DNA of 64,000 bases from Octopus bimaculoides (taxonomy: Eukaryota). The DNA lies in NCBI RefSeq assembly GCF_001194135.2, contig NC_068983.1, forward strand, positions 66,258,672 to 66,322,671, given 5' to 3'. Below, piece by piece: positions 24,484-37,620 of this stretch. Positions within the stretch are counted from its first letter, which is position 1. Every line of letters begins with the position of its first letter. Position numbers and translations under genes: made by a program. The notes beneath the pieces were generated by a model. That model searched no databases. It saw only the letters and a program-made list of their open reading frames with translations, and was not told the DNA's origin.

Positions 24484-24856
24484 TATATATATATACATAT
24501 ATATTTATATATACATATATATATATACACACACACACATATACATGCATACATATATACATACATACATATATATGTGACTGTGTGTAAGCACACAGAC
24601 ATATTGATAAATGTGTGCATATGTGTTTGTGTGTGTGTGTGTATGTTTATGTGGGTATATATTTTTTTTAATGTGTGAGTTGGCTACAAGTCAACTAACA
24701 CACATCAGTTTCACTCTAAGCTAAATTCATCAAAGTAGAAACATCAATGCTGAAAGTTTCCTCACACAGATTATACAGAGTGGTGGTGGTGGTGGTGATG
24801 GTGGTGGGGGTGAGGGCTGATGGAGTAGATGAGGTGTATCTGTAAGCACATCATTT

Positions 24857-24908
<52 letters not shown>

Positions 24909-27399
24909 ACTTCACCATCATCCTCATCATCATCACCATCATCATCGTTATCTTTGATGTTGTCTTCATCATCATCATCAATGTAATTTACCATTCCCAT
25001 TATTGTAATTATCAGCATCCATACCAACAGCAGCAATGCCAATATCAATGGCACCAAAGATTGCAATAACATTTTCACCACTCTTACCATCACAAGCACA
25101 ATTTCTACCAACATAACACTTAGATTTTCATTCTTCATTACAAGCACTGGAACCACAAACCACTGAGGGTACCCTTACACATTTACTCAGCTTGTTATAA
25201 AATTAGCAACTAAATTTCTCATAAATTACTCTCTGCTGTCTTAAAAAGGTAAAGCATATTCATAAATTCAATCCAAAAAACAATATAACAGTATACAAAG
25301 GATGTGATGATCACAGTTTGAACACCAGTTAAATGATTTGTGAAGAGAGAAAAACAGAGTTCCATAATGTTCCATAAAGTTAAGGCCAATACTTCACTCT
25401 TCTTGTTAAATGGATAAGAGATAAATTTCGCTAAGATAGGATATGGAACAGTTTTAGATATTTCCCCAGCCAAGACTGTTTTCTTTTACTTGTTGAGTTT
25501 GGGAGGATAGGCATTGCCCATGACCTTCACAAGCAATCCAAGAATCATGGGTTTGATGCTATTAATGGTTCATTTAAATTATTGAAGATCAACACTTACA
25601 GGTAAAACGCAAGCAGCACTAAAATTATTACCTTTCAAAACCACCTGAAGTTCAAAATTTTAGGTGGGGTGTACATAGCTATTTAAATCTCAGTACTTGA
25701 CTGGTATTTTATTTTATCATCACCAGTAGAATAAAAGGCAAAATTGATCCCAACAGAATTTGAATTTAAAATGTAAAGGGTCATAACTAAGTACTGCAAA
25801 CATTTTGTCCAACACTCTAATAATTCTGTCAGCCTACTCAGTGGTATAATAGGCACATATGGCTTGATATCATATCTATTCACAAGTAAAGCTGTGTAGT
25901 TCTGAAGCTCATCTTACAACCATATGGATGTAATACATGCGAGTCTCATAATCAAATCACAGACGTCTTCATCAAATTTCGAATAAATAAAAAATGGGGA
26001 ATTTTAATTATTCCATACTATTGCTGTAATTGCTACCACAAAACATTCACACAGGCAAATGTGGGAACTCTCCATAGCCATTTCATCTAGTAATTGTAAC
26101 TACCAAATCTTCAAAAATTATCTACAGACTTTAAAACTAAAAGTACATAATTACAATGTTTCACATTCTAGATGTCATTTGAAGCACACAGACTCGTCTT
26201 TCTTAAACACAGTTGAGCAAATTAAGGAGCTATGTTAACATAACTCAGTAACCTATTTTTATAATTTAAGAATGCTTAAAATGGTTATTGGCAATGAGAG
26301 CAGAATAAATTGAGAGAATACTGGACTACAAGTAATGGGGTTAGTATTATTTCTCATGTGGTTAGGAACAAACATTTAACTCACAAGTTAACTGAGTTGT
26401 TGATAGGCACTGACTGAGTGGTAGCTTATTACTGTAAGCAGTAGCAGACTGCTAAATTACCAAGCACTTGATTAAGTTAGATCAAACCTCTTCCTGTGGA
26501 TTTAGTGGTCTTTTGAAGCAGGTGGGTTATGTGTTATGGGTTAACTTATACAAATATACAGTGGTACTACAGAAACCAATATACTTCTTTCTTTTAACCA
26601 TTGCTAGGACACTACCATCCAAGGCTTAGTCAATTATATTGCTCCTCATTCTTATCTCAGTCTTGTATCTATTTTATCAATCTCTGTTTGGAATAGTTAA
26701 GTTACCGAATATAAAAAGACCCACCACAAACAACATCAGTTTTAGATTAGTATAAATGTAAACACAGATATAGACAGCACATGCTGATATACAATTATAT
26801 ACAATGGGCTTCTACACAATTTCCATATACCAAATACCACTCATGAGATATTGATGAATACAAGGCTTATAGAAAAATGTTCAATGTGGCACACAGTAGA
26901 CTTGAATCTGGAACCACATGATAGTAAAGTGAGCTTTTTAACTAGACATCTATGTCTGTAACTAAATATCTTTATATCAAAGCATGTGTGGCTCAAGATA
27001 TTTAATAAAGGAAATGAAGGTTCAACAACTTCTGAAGGTCTAACTTGAGGAGGAATGAGACTAACTAGTTTCATTTGATCAAGACATGGGAATGAATTCT
27101 TATGTAGTGCCCCTTCCACAAAAAGAATGTTACGGTGTTCACCATCAACAAAAAAGGCTATGTGCATTGTCTCTCCACCTCAGACTAATAAGTAATATAT
27201 AATAAAATAGAAGGGAAATATTTATTGCAGAAAGCCGAAATAGAATAGCAGCAAAAGAAAGTAAGAAAAGTATTTAAAATCAACAGAAGTTTTCATTAGA
27301 TGCTAATTGACACAGAACAAGTTATTACAGAAAAGGTTCTTATTTATATTGATTATGTAATGATTTGTAGTAAAGCCAGTGAGCTTTCTTGCAATAAAC

Positions 27400-27800
27400 T
27401 TTATAGATAGTAATATACGAAGCTAAGAAAGCTAAACAACTCAATTTCCTTCAAACAACATATCTTTTGCCAGATCAATGTCACTTTTCACCACATATTC
27501 CTCGTGTCTATCGAATGTCATGTTATCTTCATGGAAACCTTCCATTATTAAAAGTACACAGTATGTTTCTTGTGTCTTCATGAAGAAATTGTTGTCTACT
27601 ACTTAGAGTGGAAGCATCGACTAAGAGATATTGATTCAAATATCACTTCCATTGAATATACATTGCTGAAGACTCCATTCAGTTAATATTAATGTAGTGA
27701 AGTCCATAGACCAAGTGACTAGTTTCTTAGGAGCCAACACTAAGTTTCAATACTCTGATGAAGCTATTGCACTTACTACTGGTAATGCTCTTAGAGAAAC
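27400..27800 (+). mobile_element. Possible second, very decayed Penelope-like GIY-YIG relic
   Basis: IVIYEAK (~27408) and VCFLCLHEEIVVYY (~27562-27605) resemble the motifs at 21500-21800. A CTGATGA...GAAAC motif follows at 27755-27800. Confidence 0.35.
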
Positions 27801-28689
27801 GAAATTTCTTCTTTTACAATATACAACCAAATGTCTATTCAAAATTATATAAGGTTCATAAAATAATAAAAAAAAAACTGGGGAATGAACACAACATTAC
27901 ATGCCCTACAGTTTTTATCCCTTATAGATGCAAACATCCATCCATGCACACATAGATGCATGCATACATTCACACACACACACATACCAACACACACACA
28001 CATACCAACACACACACACACACATACATATATGTACTGTTATACTGGTCATTTGTCCTTCTAATGTGACTATTCCTTTAGAATTCAAAGAGAAAGAGGA
28101 TAACTATGCATAACCATAGAGGATAACCAGCTTCTATATCCAGCTTATCTATTAATTCACATTTATACCAATAATATTTGGTGCACTTGGTTTAGTAAGT
28201 AAACACCCAAATGACAATCTGGGTAAGCAAGGGTTTTCAGAAAAAGAAATCAACCAAATAACTTGCACATTACAAATACAATCTGTAAGTGGAACAATAA
28301 AAATATGCAAGCCTTTTCTCATGTTTGAATGTGACATTGGTCTTGTCATGTACATCTCAAGGATGGAGTTTTGTATCTTTGTTAGGAACCAGTTCCTTCC
28401 TCAGAATTAGAATTTAAATAATCAAGAATAGAAGAGGACATACACACAGCATACCTCAAGGATATACCCTAGCACTTATCACCATCTTTCTCTCTCTTCT
28501 TTTACTCAACCAACCTATTTATATTCTGATGCCCATCCCCTGTGAGCATGCCCAACACTTTGCCACCATCTCTCTTCTGCTCTTTTGCACTCTTGCTGTC
28601 TCCCACTCGCTCCCTTCTCCTGCTCTTCCCTTTGGGCCAAGTAACCATGCATCTGCTTAACAGCAGCACAGCTGTTTCTGTTCTCATTT

Positions 28690-28691
28690 CT

Positions 28692-28734
<43 letters not shown>

Positions 28735-29160
28735 CTGGGTATTTATGTATCTCCTCTACTGCAACTCCTATTTCTGTCTCTCTGTCTCACTCTAACCTTT
28801 CGTCCACTGACACAAGTTCCCCTCCTCAAATGCTCCTGCCCCTCTCAAAATTCCTTGTTTTGCAAGTTACTTGGTGACCCTTCCAGTGTTGATGCCATGT
28901 AAAAAGCATCCAGCCCACAGTGTAAAGTGGTTGACATTTGGAAGGGCACTCAGTAATAAAAACTTTGACAAAACTGACCTCGCCTGTGTTTGTGCCACAT
29001 AAAAACCACTTGGTCCACTCTGCTGGGTGTTTGGTGTTAGGAAGGGCATCCAGTTGTAAAAATCCTGCCAAAACAGACACAGAAGTCTCCTGCCTGGCCA
29101 GCTCCCGTCAAACTGTCCAACCTATGCCAGCATAGAAGGATGATGATGATGATGATGATA
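28690..29160 (+). mobile_element. RTE 3' region with (GAT)n tail
   Basis: Ends ccgtcaaactgtccaacctatgccagcatagaagg(atg)n. Confidence 0.72.
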
Positions 29161-29575
29161 TATATATATGAAGTTAAAGCCATAGCTGATTTTGTTTTCA
29201 CCCAAATGGTGTCGGAAAGATACTAATAATATGTAGGTTTTATTTTAGCCCATTTAATCCTTTGCTGCCAGCTTTTACTTCTTGTGCTGCTCCTCCTGCA
29301 CCAGGTTTCTTTAAAAGAAAAAGCCACAATTGCACAATGAAAACACTTTTAATTCAATTAAATATAAAGAATGGACTAAGCGGAGCAGGAGCACACATGT
29401 AGATGGAAGGTGTTGCTGAAGAGGTCACAGATGTGTGATGAAAGATTTCCAGACAATGGACATAAGTTAAAATAAGAACAGTAATAAATGAGTGAAGAAC
29501 AAATATATAGTGCATGTGTTTTATCTGGAAAAAAGAATTACTATCCCAAAATACAGTAAATATACATTAATACAA

Positions 29576-30210
29576 GGAGTGGCTGTGTGGTAAGTAGCTT
29601 GCTTACCAACCACATGGTTCCGGGTTCAGTCCCACTGCGTGGTATCTAGGGCAAGTGTCTTCTACTATAGCCTCGGGCTGACCAAAGCCTTGTGAGTGGA
29701 TTTGGTAGATGGAAACTGAAAGAAGCCTGTCGTATATATGTATATATATGTTTGTGTGTCTGTGTTTGTCCCCCTAACATCGCTTGACAACCAATGCTGG
29801 TGTGTTTACGTCCCCGTAACTTAGCAGTTCAGCAAAAGAAATCGATAGAATAAGTACTAGGCTTCCAAAGAATAAGTCCTGGGGTCGNNNNNNNNNNCTA
29901 GGGCAAGTGTCTTCTACTATAGCCTCGGGCTGACCAAAGCCTTGTGAGTGGATTTGGTAGATGGAAACTGAAAGAAGCCTGTCGTATATATGTATATATA
30001 TGTTTGTGTGTCTGTGTTTGTCCCCCTAACATCGCTTGACAACCAATGCTGGTGTGTTTACGTCCCCGTAACTTAGCAGTTCAGCAAAAGAAATCGATAG
30101 AATAAGTACTAGGCTTCCAAAGAATAAGTCCTGGGGTCGATTTGTTCGACTAAAGGTGGTGCTCCAGCATGGCCGCAGTCAAATGACTGAAACAAGTAAA
30201 AGAGAGAAAG
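29576..30210 (+). mobile_element. Family A SINE with a 242-bp assembly duplication across a 10-N gap
   Basis: Matches 48326-48769; 29646-29887 is repeated identically at 29898-30139. Confidence 0.88.
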
Positions 30211-30289
30211 AGAGATATACAAAGAAAAGTTTTTAAAATAGTGATATATTTTAATAACTTAATTAGGTATGAAATATTTTAAAACATAG

Positions 30290-32608
30290 ATCAACATATT
30301 ATCAAACCTGACACTCTACACATTCATTCCTTTCTTTCCACTTAACATCCTTCAAACAAATTTTGCACCTTTTAGCTAGGCTCTGTTTTTCTTATAGAAT
30401 GGAGGGGTTGATGATAGGATATGCCTCTCTGCCAGATGTAGGGGATGACTTCCACAGTTGAACAACCGCCCAAGGCATAGAGTTTTTCTTCATGATTTTC
30501 TTCAGTCATTTCTCAAATCATTTTAATATGAAAATTAAGAAAGAGAGTATTGGTGCCAATCTTTTTACATGTAACAGAAGCATTGTAGTGTGATATCAAG
30601 TATATGGGGGGAAAAAAACCTTTCTTATACCACTTAATATTCTATTTTCTTTATTCTTGGATATGAATGAATGACATTCACACATAAATCAACCCCACCC
30701 ATATATTTATCAAAATCTGCAATGCATTTAAGTTTTCTAATGTATTCCATTGTGAACCTAGCTGCTCTTACCACTTTATAAAACTTTTGTTGTGCATCCT
30801 ACTTAACATGATCACATCCCTTTTTGATTTTGAAATAATACACTGTGATGCTATCTTTCTAAACGACCAGCATTTCTCCATGGGATAAATTTGGGAAAGC
30901 ATCACTTGGCATCCCGTTTGTGTTTTACTTACAGTGTTATATACATTGGTTTGCTTTTCTTAAATGATTTGACCAGAGTAGGGCTACCAAAAAATCTGTT
31001 CAAGGATAATTTAGAATTTTTTCATAGCAATGGTACAATCAAAGAAAGAAGAAACTTTCTCACCCTGGTCACCATCATTCTCTGAATTCAGTAGTGAATC
31101 CAGTGTATAGAATAGAATTATACACTCATGCAGTTTATATATTTTGATGCTAAATGTTGTGTTTCATTGGAATATANNNNNNNNNNNNNNNNNNNNNNNN
31201 NNNNNNNNNNNNNNNNNNNNNNNNNNNNNNNNNNNNNNNNNNNNNNNNNNNNNNNNNNNNNNNNNNNNNNNNNNNNNNNNNNNNNNNNNNNNNNNNNNNN
31301 NNNNNNNNNNNNNNNNNNNNNNNNNNNNNNNNNNNNNNNNNNNNNNNNNNNNNNNNNNNNNNNNNNNNNNNNNNNNNNNNNNNNNNNNNNNNNNNNNNNN
31401 NNNNNNNNNNNNNNNNNNNNNNNNNNNNNNNNNNNNNNNNNNNNNNNNNNNNNNNNNNNNNNNNNNNNNNNNNNNNNNNNNNNNNNNNNNNNNNNNNNNN
31501 NNNNNNNNACTCATGCAGTTTATATATTTTGATGCTAAATGTTGTGTTTCATTGGAATATATTGTTGAAATCTAAGCTGGCTCTCCCACAACATCATCAA
31601 TTTATCTATGTAGATCAGCTTGCTGGGTATATATATACACAGTTCACAACTTATACATCTTATGAAGCTTTTGCTTGTCAATATCTTGGCTATTATCTGT
31701 AAAATGAAGCATGGACAATAAAGGATGATACTGATTCAATATGCATTACTTGTAGTAGGGGCTTAGTACCATTTTATCCCTAGTGAAATACAAGATTTTG
31801 AGCTTTTAGTCCAAGCAACTCATAAATCTTTTTGATATTTGTTGGCTTCCAATTTTTGGCTCTTGAATATTTTTTCAGATCATTAGTCTCTAGCACAGAC
31901 TCTACATACTTGCTTGAGTCATTCACATGGTTCTGAATTTGAACTTGCATAAGGAATTTTTAGAAACATTCATATGGTGTTGAATTTGCATTTAACTCCC
32001 CATCTTCAACACTTATATTTGCTGTGAAGTCACTCACATATGAAGAGCTACAAGTCTTTTTATTCCAATCACTATTCCTAATTCCTCCCACCCCAACTAT
32101 TGTTTGCGTGCATGAAAATAGTGGTGCTTTCTTCATATGCTTGTTGACAGTTGATTAGTTGATTTTCATCCCTTTCTGACATATTTTCTCCTATATTACC
32201 CAAAAAAGATATTTTTCTTCCTTACTGTCATCTTCATCATCAGATTCTTTCGAAAAAATTAGCTCTAATGCTTCATTGCCTCTCAGTTTCTTATATTATG
32301 TCATATCAGTCTAAATGTGCAGATGCAATTTAAAATCCAACTATATAAGACATATTTATAGCAAATGTAGCATGTTGCATATGTGAATAAGCTCAATAAT
32401 TCAAGCAGTCATTCTCCACACTTCACTCGATCATGAATATGTGCTAATTTGCATTTGTTTGTATAAAAAGATGCTGATACTTGAGAAGCAATATGGTACT
32501 ATTCAAAGTGAGATATTGCAGCCATAAGTGATTCAGTAAAGGCAAATGAGAGTGAAATACCTTGAACATAACATAAAAAAGTTGAACCCTTCCTCATACA
32601 GAGGTTAA
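30290..32608 (-). mobile_element. Decayed piggyBac transposon
   Basis: Minus-strand relics: LRGNEALELIFSKESDDEDD (N-terminus), SRAKNWKPTNIKKIYELLGL, YIPMK...IKIYKL, NRFFGSPTLVKS, RDVIMLSRMH, CIADFDKYMGGVD, KWYKK, KRCKICLK...ECVECQV (Cys-rich tail). Candidate TTAA at 32605-32608; the other end was not found. Confidence 0.85.
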
Positions 32609-33479
32609 CTTCATGCCAAAGAATCCAAGATTAAGTATGTATCAAGGTGAATATTGCCCAAGAAGTGGTATATTTTCTTTGTGGACTGGTTCTGTAGCTT
32701 TGTTGCAGTTATTGTTGTGATACTTTAACTTTAATTTTCTCATATAAATCTGTAGACTTCGGTTTGTATAAGAAATTAATATTACTTTCTTCTCGCGAAG
32801 CACAAAGGCAATTTTTTATAGAGAATGAATACAGTTGATTGATTTGATCCCAGTATATTATTGATACATATTTTATTGATTCTGTCAGAATGTAAAGCAA
32901 AGGGAAACCTGGCAGGATATGAAGTTAGAATATCAAGTAATGAGATCAAAATACTGTAAGGCTCTTTTCAATTTCTGATAATTCATCATACTCATAGTAA
33001 ATATTTATTGATTTCTTTAGTTGAGGCTTGAGGATCCAATAATTTAAGGAGGTTGTAGCAAGGACAGTGATCTGTAGTATTCATACTACATTCAAGGGTA
33101 TTAATGGCATGCTTAAAGAGAATTGTTATCAACCAGAAATTGAAATCATATTATAGTCTTTGTCTGCCAGAATTCTTCCATTACAGTGAACATTGCCTTA
33201 AGAATTCAACTTATAACACAAGTAATAATATAACAGTTACAGTATAACTACAGTAACAATATTCATTCCTTCATTCATTCATTTTTATATCTTCCTTTCC
33301 ATGCTAGCATGGGTTAGACAAATATGTTATTGAGATATTGTTCTATAGCCAGATGCTCTCACTGACATTAGCCACTACCTGTTTTGCAAGTGAGGTATCT
33401 CTTATTTCACATGGCTTTAAAGGCCTAAAGAAAGCAGACAAGTTATTGACAGAAGGTCCAACAATCCTACTTGAAAATT

Positions 33480-34150
33480 GTGAAGATCACTTCACATGAA
33501 ATCATTAATTGCCTTGTTAACTTACAAATAAAAAAAATGTGATGACTTTACATTTCCCAGCTTGAACTCAACTGACTGAGTTTTTTCCAGTCAAGATCTA
33601 CTCTTGTGTAATTTGCAATGCTTTCAGTTATTCCTAAAATGTTAGAGATAATATATTCAAACTATTCGTTTATGTTTAGGAAAAAGTAGAAAAGACCTAG
33701 GTAGTTTCCTACAAGTATTCAATTTTCAGTTGATAACATACCATGAATAGCAACTCTAACTCTTTTGTTGAACAAGAAAATCTTTATCCATTTCAGAATT
33801 ATTGATGTCATTGAATACTTTTTAGAAATCTTGGAATATGCTGTTAACTCACTCTTTTTGGTTCAGTATGTACCAGTGTATTTGAGAAGAGTATGTTAGT
33901 ATCAAGGACAGTTACCTGAGATTCTCCTAGTTCGTTTTGTATAATTTTCCTTCATTGAAAAATTGCAACTCAGTTCCAGTCTATTGAAAGCAGCAGTTAA
34001 CTAAACTGTCAATTCTTTAAGGAATTCAACAGAGATGTTGGCAGTTGTTTTTCGTAGATTTTCTAAATTCCTTTTTGGATAAACACTGGAGAGGAGGAGA
34101 AATTCTCTATTGTGTTAAAATCAGATTTCTTCCATCATTTTTAACAAATA
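33480..34150 (-). mobile_element. Ancient CR1-group LINE RT relic
   Basis: PVFIQKG...PTSLLNSLK and LKWIKIFLFNKRVRVAIHGMLS...LGLFYFFLNINE resemble the PIFKKG/NYRPISL and WIxxFLxxRxQRVxxxG...LGPLLFxxYIND blocks. Confidence 0.55.
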
Positions 34151-34449
34151 CAGTCATTTAGAATATTATGATCCCTTCATCGTAATTCTCAAGAGTGCCA
34201 TGTCTGTCACACAATACTACATTCTTGTGTCGGGAGTAAAGGGTGGAGAAGATATGTTCAAATACTTATATGTATGTGTACTGATGAGACAAAAGATGAA
34301 ACTTAAAATCACATATGCACAGTTTCTATCAAATTTATATTACTCTGCACTTCATATTTGTTTTCTTTGTTTTTTTATTATCATTTATTTGCTCAAATAT
34401 ATATCTTCATCATTTAACACCAATTTTCTCAATTTGCAGAGGTCAGGTT

Positions 34450-34483
<34 letters not shown>

Positions 34484-35266
34484 TGTGTGTACGTGTGTGT
34501 ATATATAGCATTCCCCTTCATCATATACACAGTAATCACACTTGGTTAAAATGGCTTATTGATGAGTTTTGTTTCTCTTTTTTTCCCAGATGAGATGATT
34601 GCATTGTTTTGCATCATTTTATTCCCCCCGGAATAATCTCAATGCTTTCTTTGAAACACATGTTGTATAAATGATTTGAATAACACCTGCGTTTGACTCC
34701 ATTTCTTAATTTATCCATTTCACTTAACCTTGGAATTTCTACCTTTATAAGTTGGCTCTAGGCACATAGATGAATTTTTGCTCCCTTGGTAACTATTTAT
34801 TTATTTCTTCCTTGTTATTTGCACACATTGAAAAATTACACACATATTTTTNNNNNNNNNNNNNNNNNNNNNNNNNNNNNNNNNNNNNNNNNNNNNNNNN
34901 NNNNNNNNNNNNNNNNNNNNNNNNNNNNNNNNNNNNNNNNNNNNNNNNNNNNNNNNNNNNNNNNNNNNNNNNNNNNNNNNNNNNNNNNNNNNNNNNNNNN
35001 NNNNNNNNNNNNNNNNNNNNNNNNNNNNNNNNNNNNNNNNNNNNNNNNNNNNNNNNNNNNNNNNNNNNNNNNNNNNNNNNNNNNNNNNNNNNNNNNNNNN
35101 NNNNNNNNNNNNNNNNNNNNNNNNNNNNNNNNNNNNNNNNNNNNNNNNNNNNNNNNNNNNNNNNNNNNNNNNNNNNNNNNNNNNNNNNNNNNNNNNNNNN
35201 NNNNNNNNNNNNNNNNNNNNNNNNNNNNNNNNNNNNNNNNNNNNNNNNNNNNNNNNNNNNNNNNNN

Positions 35267-35520
35267 ATTTTCTCCTGACCAAGCTCTTCGATCTTCTGTG
35301 ATGTGATCTTTACGGTGTGGGGTCATGCATTGTCCTGATGAAACATCACTCCTTTTCGATTCACTAAAGCGGGTCTTTTTTTCTTCAAAGCTTGGTTCAA
35401 ACACTCTAATTGCTGACAGTAGACTTGAGCATTGATTGTTGCATGAGGTGGTAACAATTCAAAGTGAATTCCTCCTTTGCAATCCCAGTATATAAAGAGA
35501 AAACCTTTTTCCCATAAAAT
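35267..35520 (-). mobile_element. Mariner (DD34D) transposase fragment, cut by an N gap
   Basis: WDCKGGIHFELLPPHATINAQVYCQQLECLNQALKKKRPALVNRKGVMFHQDNA. Confidence 0.9.
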
Positions 35521-35871
35521 TCCCTTCTCAGTTGTGGCTAAGAATTTTTCCCTTTTACCAAGCCACTCTTTTACTCTTTTACTTGTTTCTGTCATTTACA
35601 TCCACTTAACATAACATTTCGGAAAAAAGAAAAACCAATAAAAAGATTACCAACCTTAGAAATACACACACACATATGCATGACAACTTATGTTGGTGTA
35701 TTTACGTCCCTGTAACTTAATGGTTTGGCAAAAGACACCAATGGAATAAGTACTAGGCTTACAAAGTATAAGTCCTGGGGTTGATTTCTCTGACTAGAAG
35801 GCAGTGCTCCAGCATGACTTCAGTTAAATGACTGAAACAAGTAAAAGAATGAAAGAAATATACATTTAAAA

Positions 35872-37620
35872 CAGTTTCTCAACAACTCAAATGTGGACAT
35901 GTTATATTTTGACTTTGCAGAAGTCTTAAGTCAACCATGGTATGATACAGGGTCTGATCAAAAAGTGACAGGTCTGTTATTATTATAAAAGAACTAAGGT
36001 ATGCAGAGTGAAGTCATTTGGCACAGTTTGACCTTGAACTCTGTTCCATATGCACAGTATACTATAATGTTCTCACTCACTTCTCTTGTTTATAGCAATG
36101 CTCGGAAACAAAGTGGGTGGAGTGTGGTCATCTCAAAAAACAAAGATTGGGTTTCAGCTGTGCAGGATCTCCTTGATCGTGTCAAGGAAAAGGAGAATTT
36201 TTTTAAATGTTCATAACAGGTGGTGAATCATGGTTCTATGGTTATGACCCCCAAAACCAGTATTTGAAAGAAATCCCACTTGAAAGGAACTAGATTTCCA
36301 AACATTGAGGAAATCTAAGAGAATTCAATGAGGCAGCAGCTTGCTCTCTAAAAAATGTGGTTCCAGCAATGCTTTCATCAATGGAAATGACAATGGTAAA
36401 GTGTGTGACTTCAGAAAGGGACTACTTCAAAAAAGATTAAATGCTAGATTGATATATGTTATAGCCTTCTTTTTATAGCACCAGTCCCCATACTTTTTGA
36501 TCAGACTTCATATATCACAAGCCACACAATCTCAGCACTGTCGGAAAACTTGGAGAGTAGCTATATGATTTTTTGAAAGATAGAAATCAAGCAGTAGTGG
36601 CCAATGGGCCACCTCTCAGGGAACACAAATAATAGTAAATGTTGTTGCACAGGGCACTGTGTTACAGCCATTGCTGTTCAGAGTGGCCCTTTCAAATATA
36701 CCCTCAGCTGCTCAGATAGCCACCCTCGCTAACTAAGCAGATAATACAAAAGTTTCTCAAAGGATACAAAACCCTAAAGATGTTGCACACCTGCAACAGA
36801 AACTGGATGCAATATACAGGTTGGCTGAGAACAATAACATGCAGCTTAATGCTGGAAAATTCCAAGTCCTGCACTACCAGCAAATGAAGTTGAATGAAAT
36901 GAGAACAGGATACACTCACCCTGAAAGGATTGTAATTCTTGAATCAAAATTAGTTTGTGACTTGGCATTGACATGAGCAATAATGCATCTTTCTTGGTAC
37001 ATATTACAAAGCTGGCAATAAAATACAGATGGTTGGCTGTATTGATCCTTAGAATTTTCTGAACAAGAGAACAGGAAACTATGATAGTCCTCTGGAGGAC
37101 ATTTGTCCCTAGCTGTTTAGACTACTGATCCCATCTATGGTCACCACACAGTGTAAAATTTATTGCAGAGCTTGAAGCAACTCAGCAAAGCAATACAAAA
37201 ACGATCATCCCAATGCAACATGTCAGCTACTAGTAGAGGCTGGAAAAGCTAAGACTATGCTCCCTGGAATGAAGATGAAAAAGATATGCAGTGATATACA
37301 ACTGGAAAACCTAGATTGGGATGTCACTGCATAGTCCCAAAGATCCTGATATCAAGATACAGGACCAGATACACCAACAGCTTGGGTTTCAAAGGCTTAC
37401 AGCTTTTCAACATTCTTCAAAAAAAAAAAAAGCTTCAGAGAACTACATGGGGTAGATGTTGGTGTCTTCAAAAAAAAAAGGCAATCTCCTGCCAAGAGTT
37501 CCATATGTACTTTGTAGCAGGAATCACAAATGAGAGCAACAAGTTCAAAAACCCCAATTCGTCAAACACCACATATCAGAGGAGGTTTTCAAGTAATAGA
37601 AGCATAGCAAAACTCACACT
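35872..37620 (+). mobile_element. CR1-group LINE RT and 3' region, interrupted by a mariner MITE
   Basis: NVDMLYFDFA...NHGMI, then after the insert YHKPHNLSTVGKLGE*LYDFLKDRNQAVVANG; VAQGTVLQPLLF; ADNTK; LDAIYRLAENNNMQLNAGKFQVL; NSLGFKGLQLFNIL. Confidence 0.88.
35948..36510 (+). mobile_element. Internally deleted mariner element (563 bp) with 19-bp TIRs and TA TSD
   Basis: TA-cagggtctgatcaaaaagt ... actttttgatcagacttca-TA. Internal relics QDLLDRVKEKENF..ITGGESWFYGYDP and LKGTRFPNIEEI...FQQCFHQWK...DYFKKD*. Confidence 0.92.

Noticed and set aside
29646-30139. 242-bp exact direct repeat
   Set aside because: Identical copies abut a 10-N gap inside one SINE, which indicates an assembly overlap artefact.
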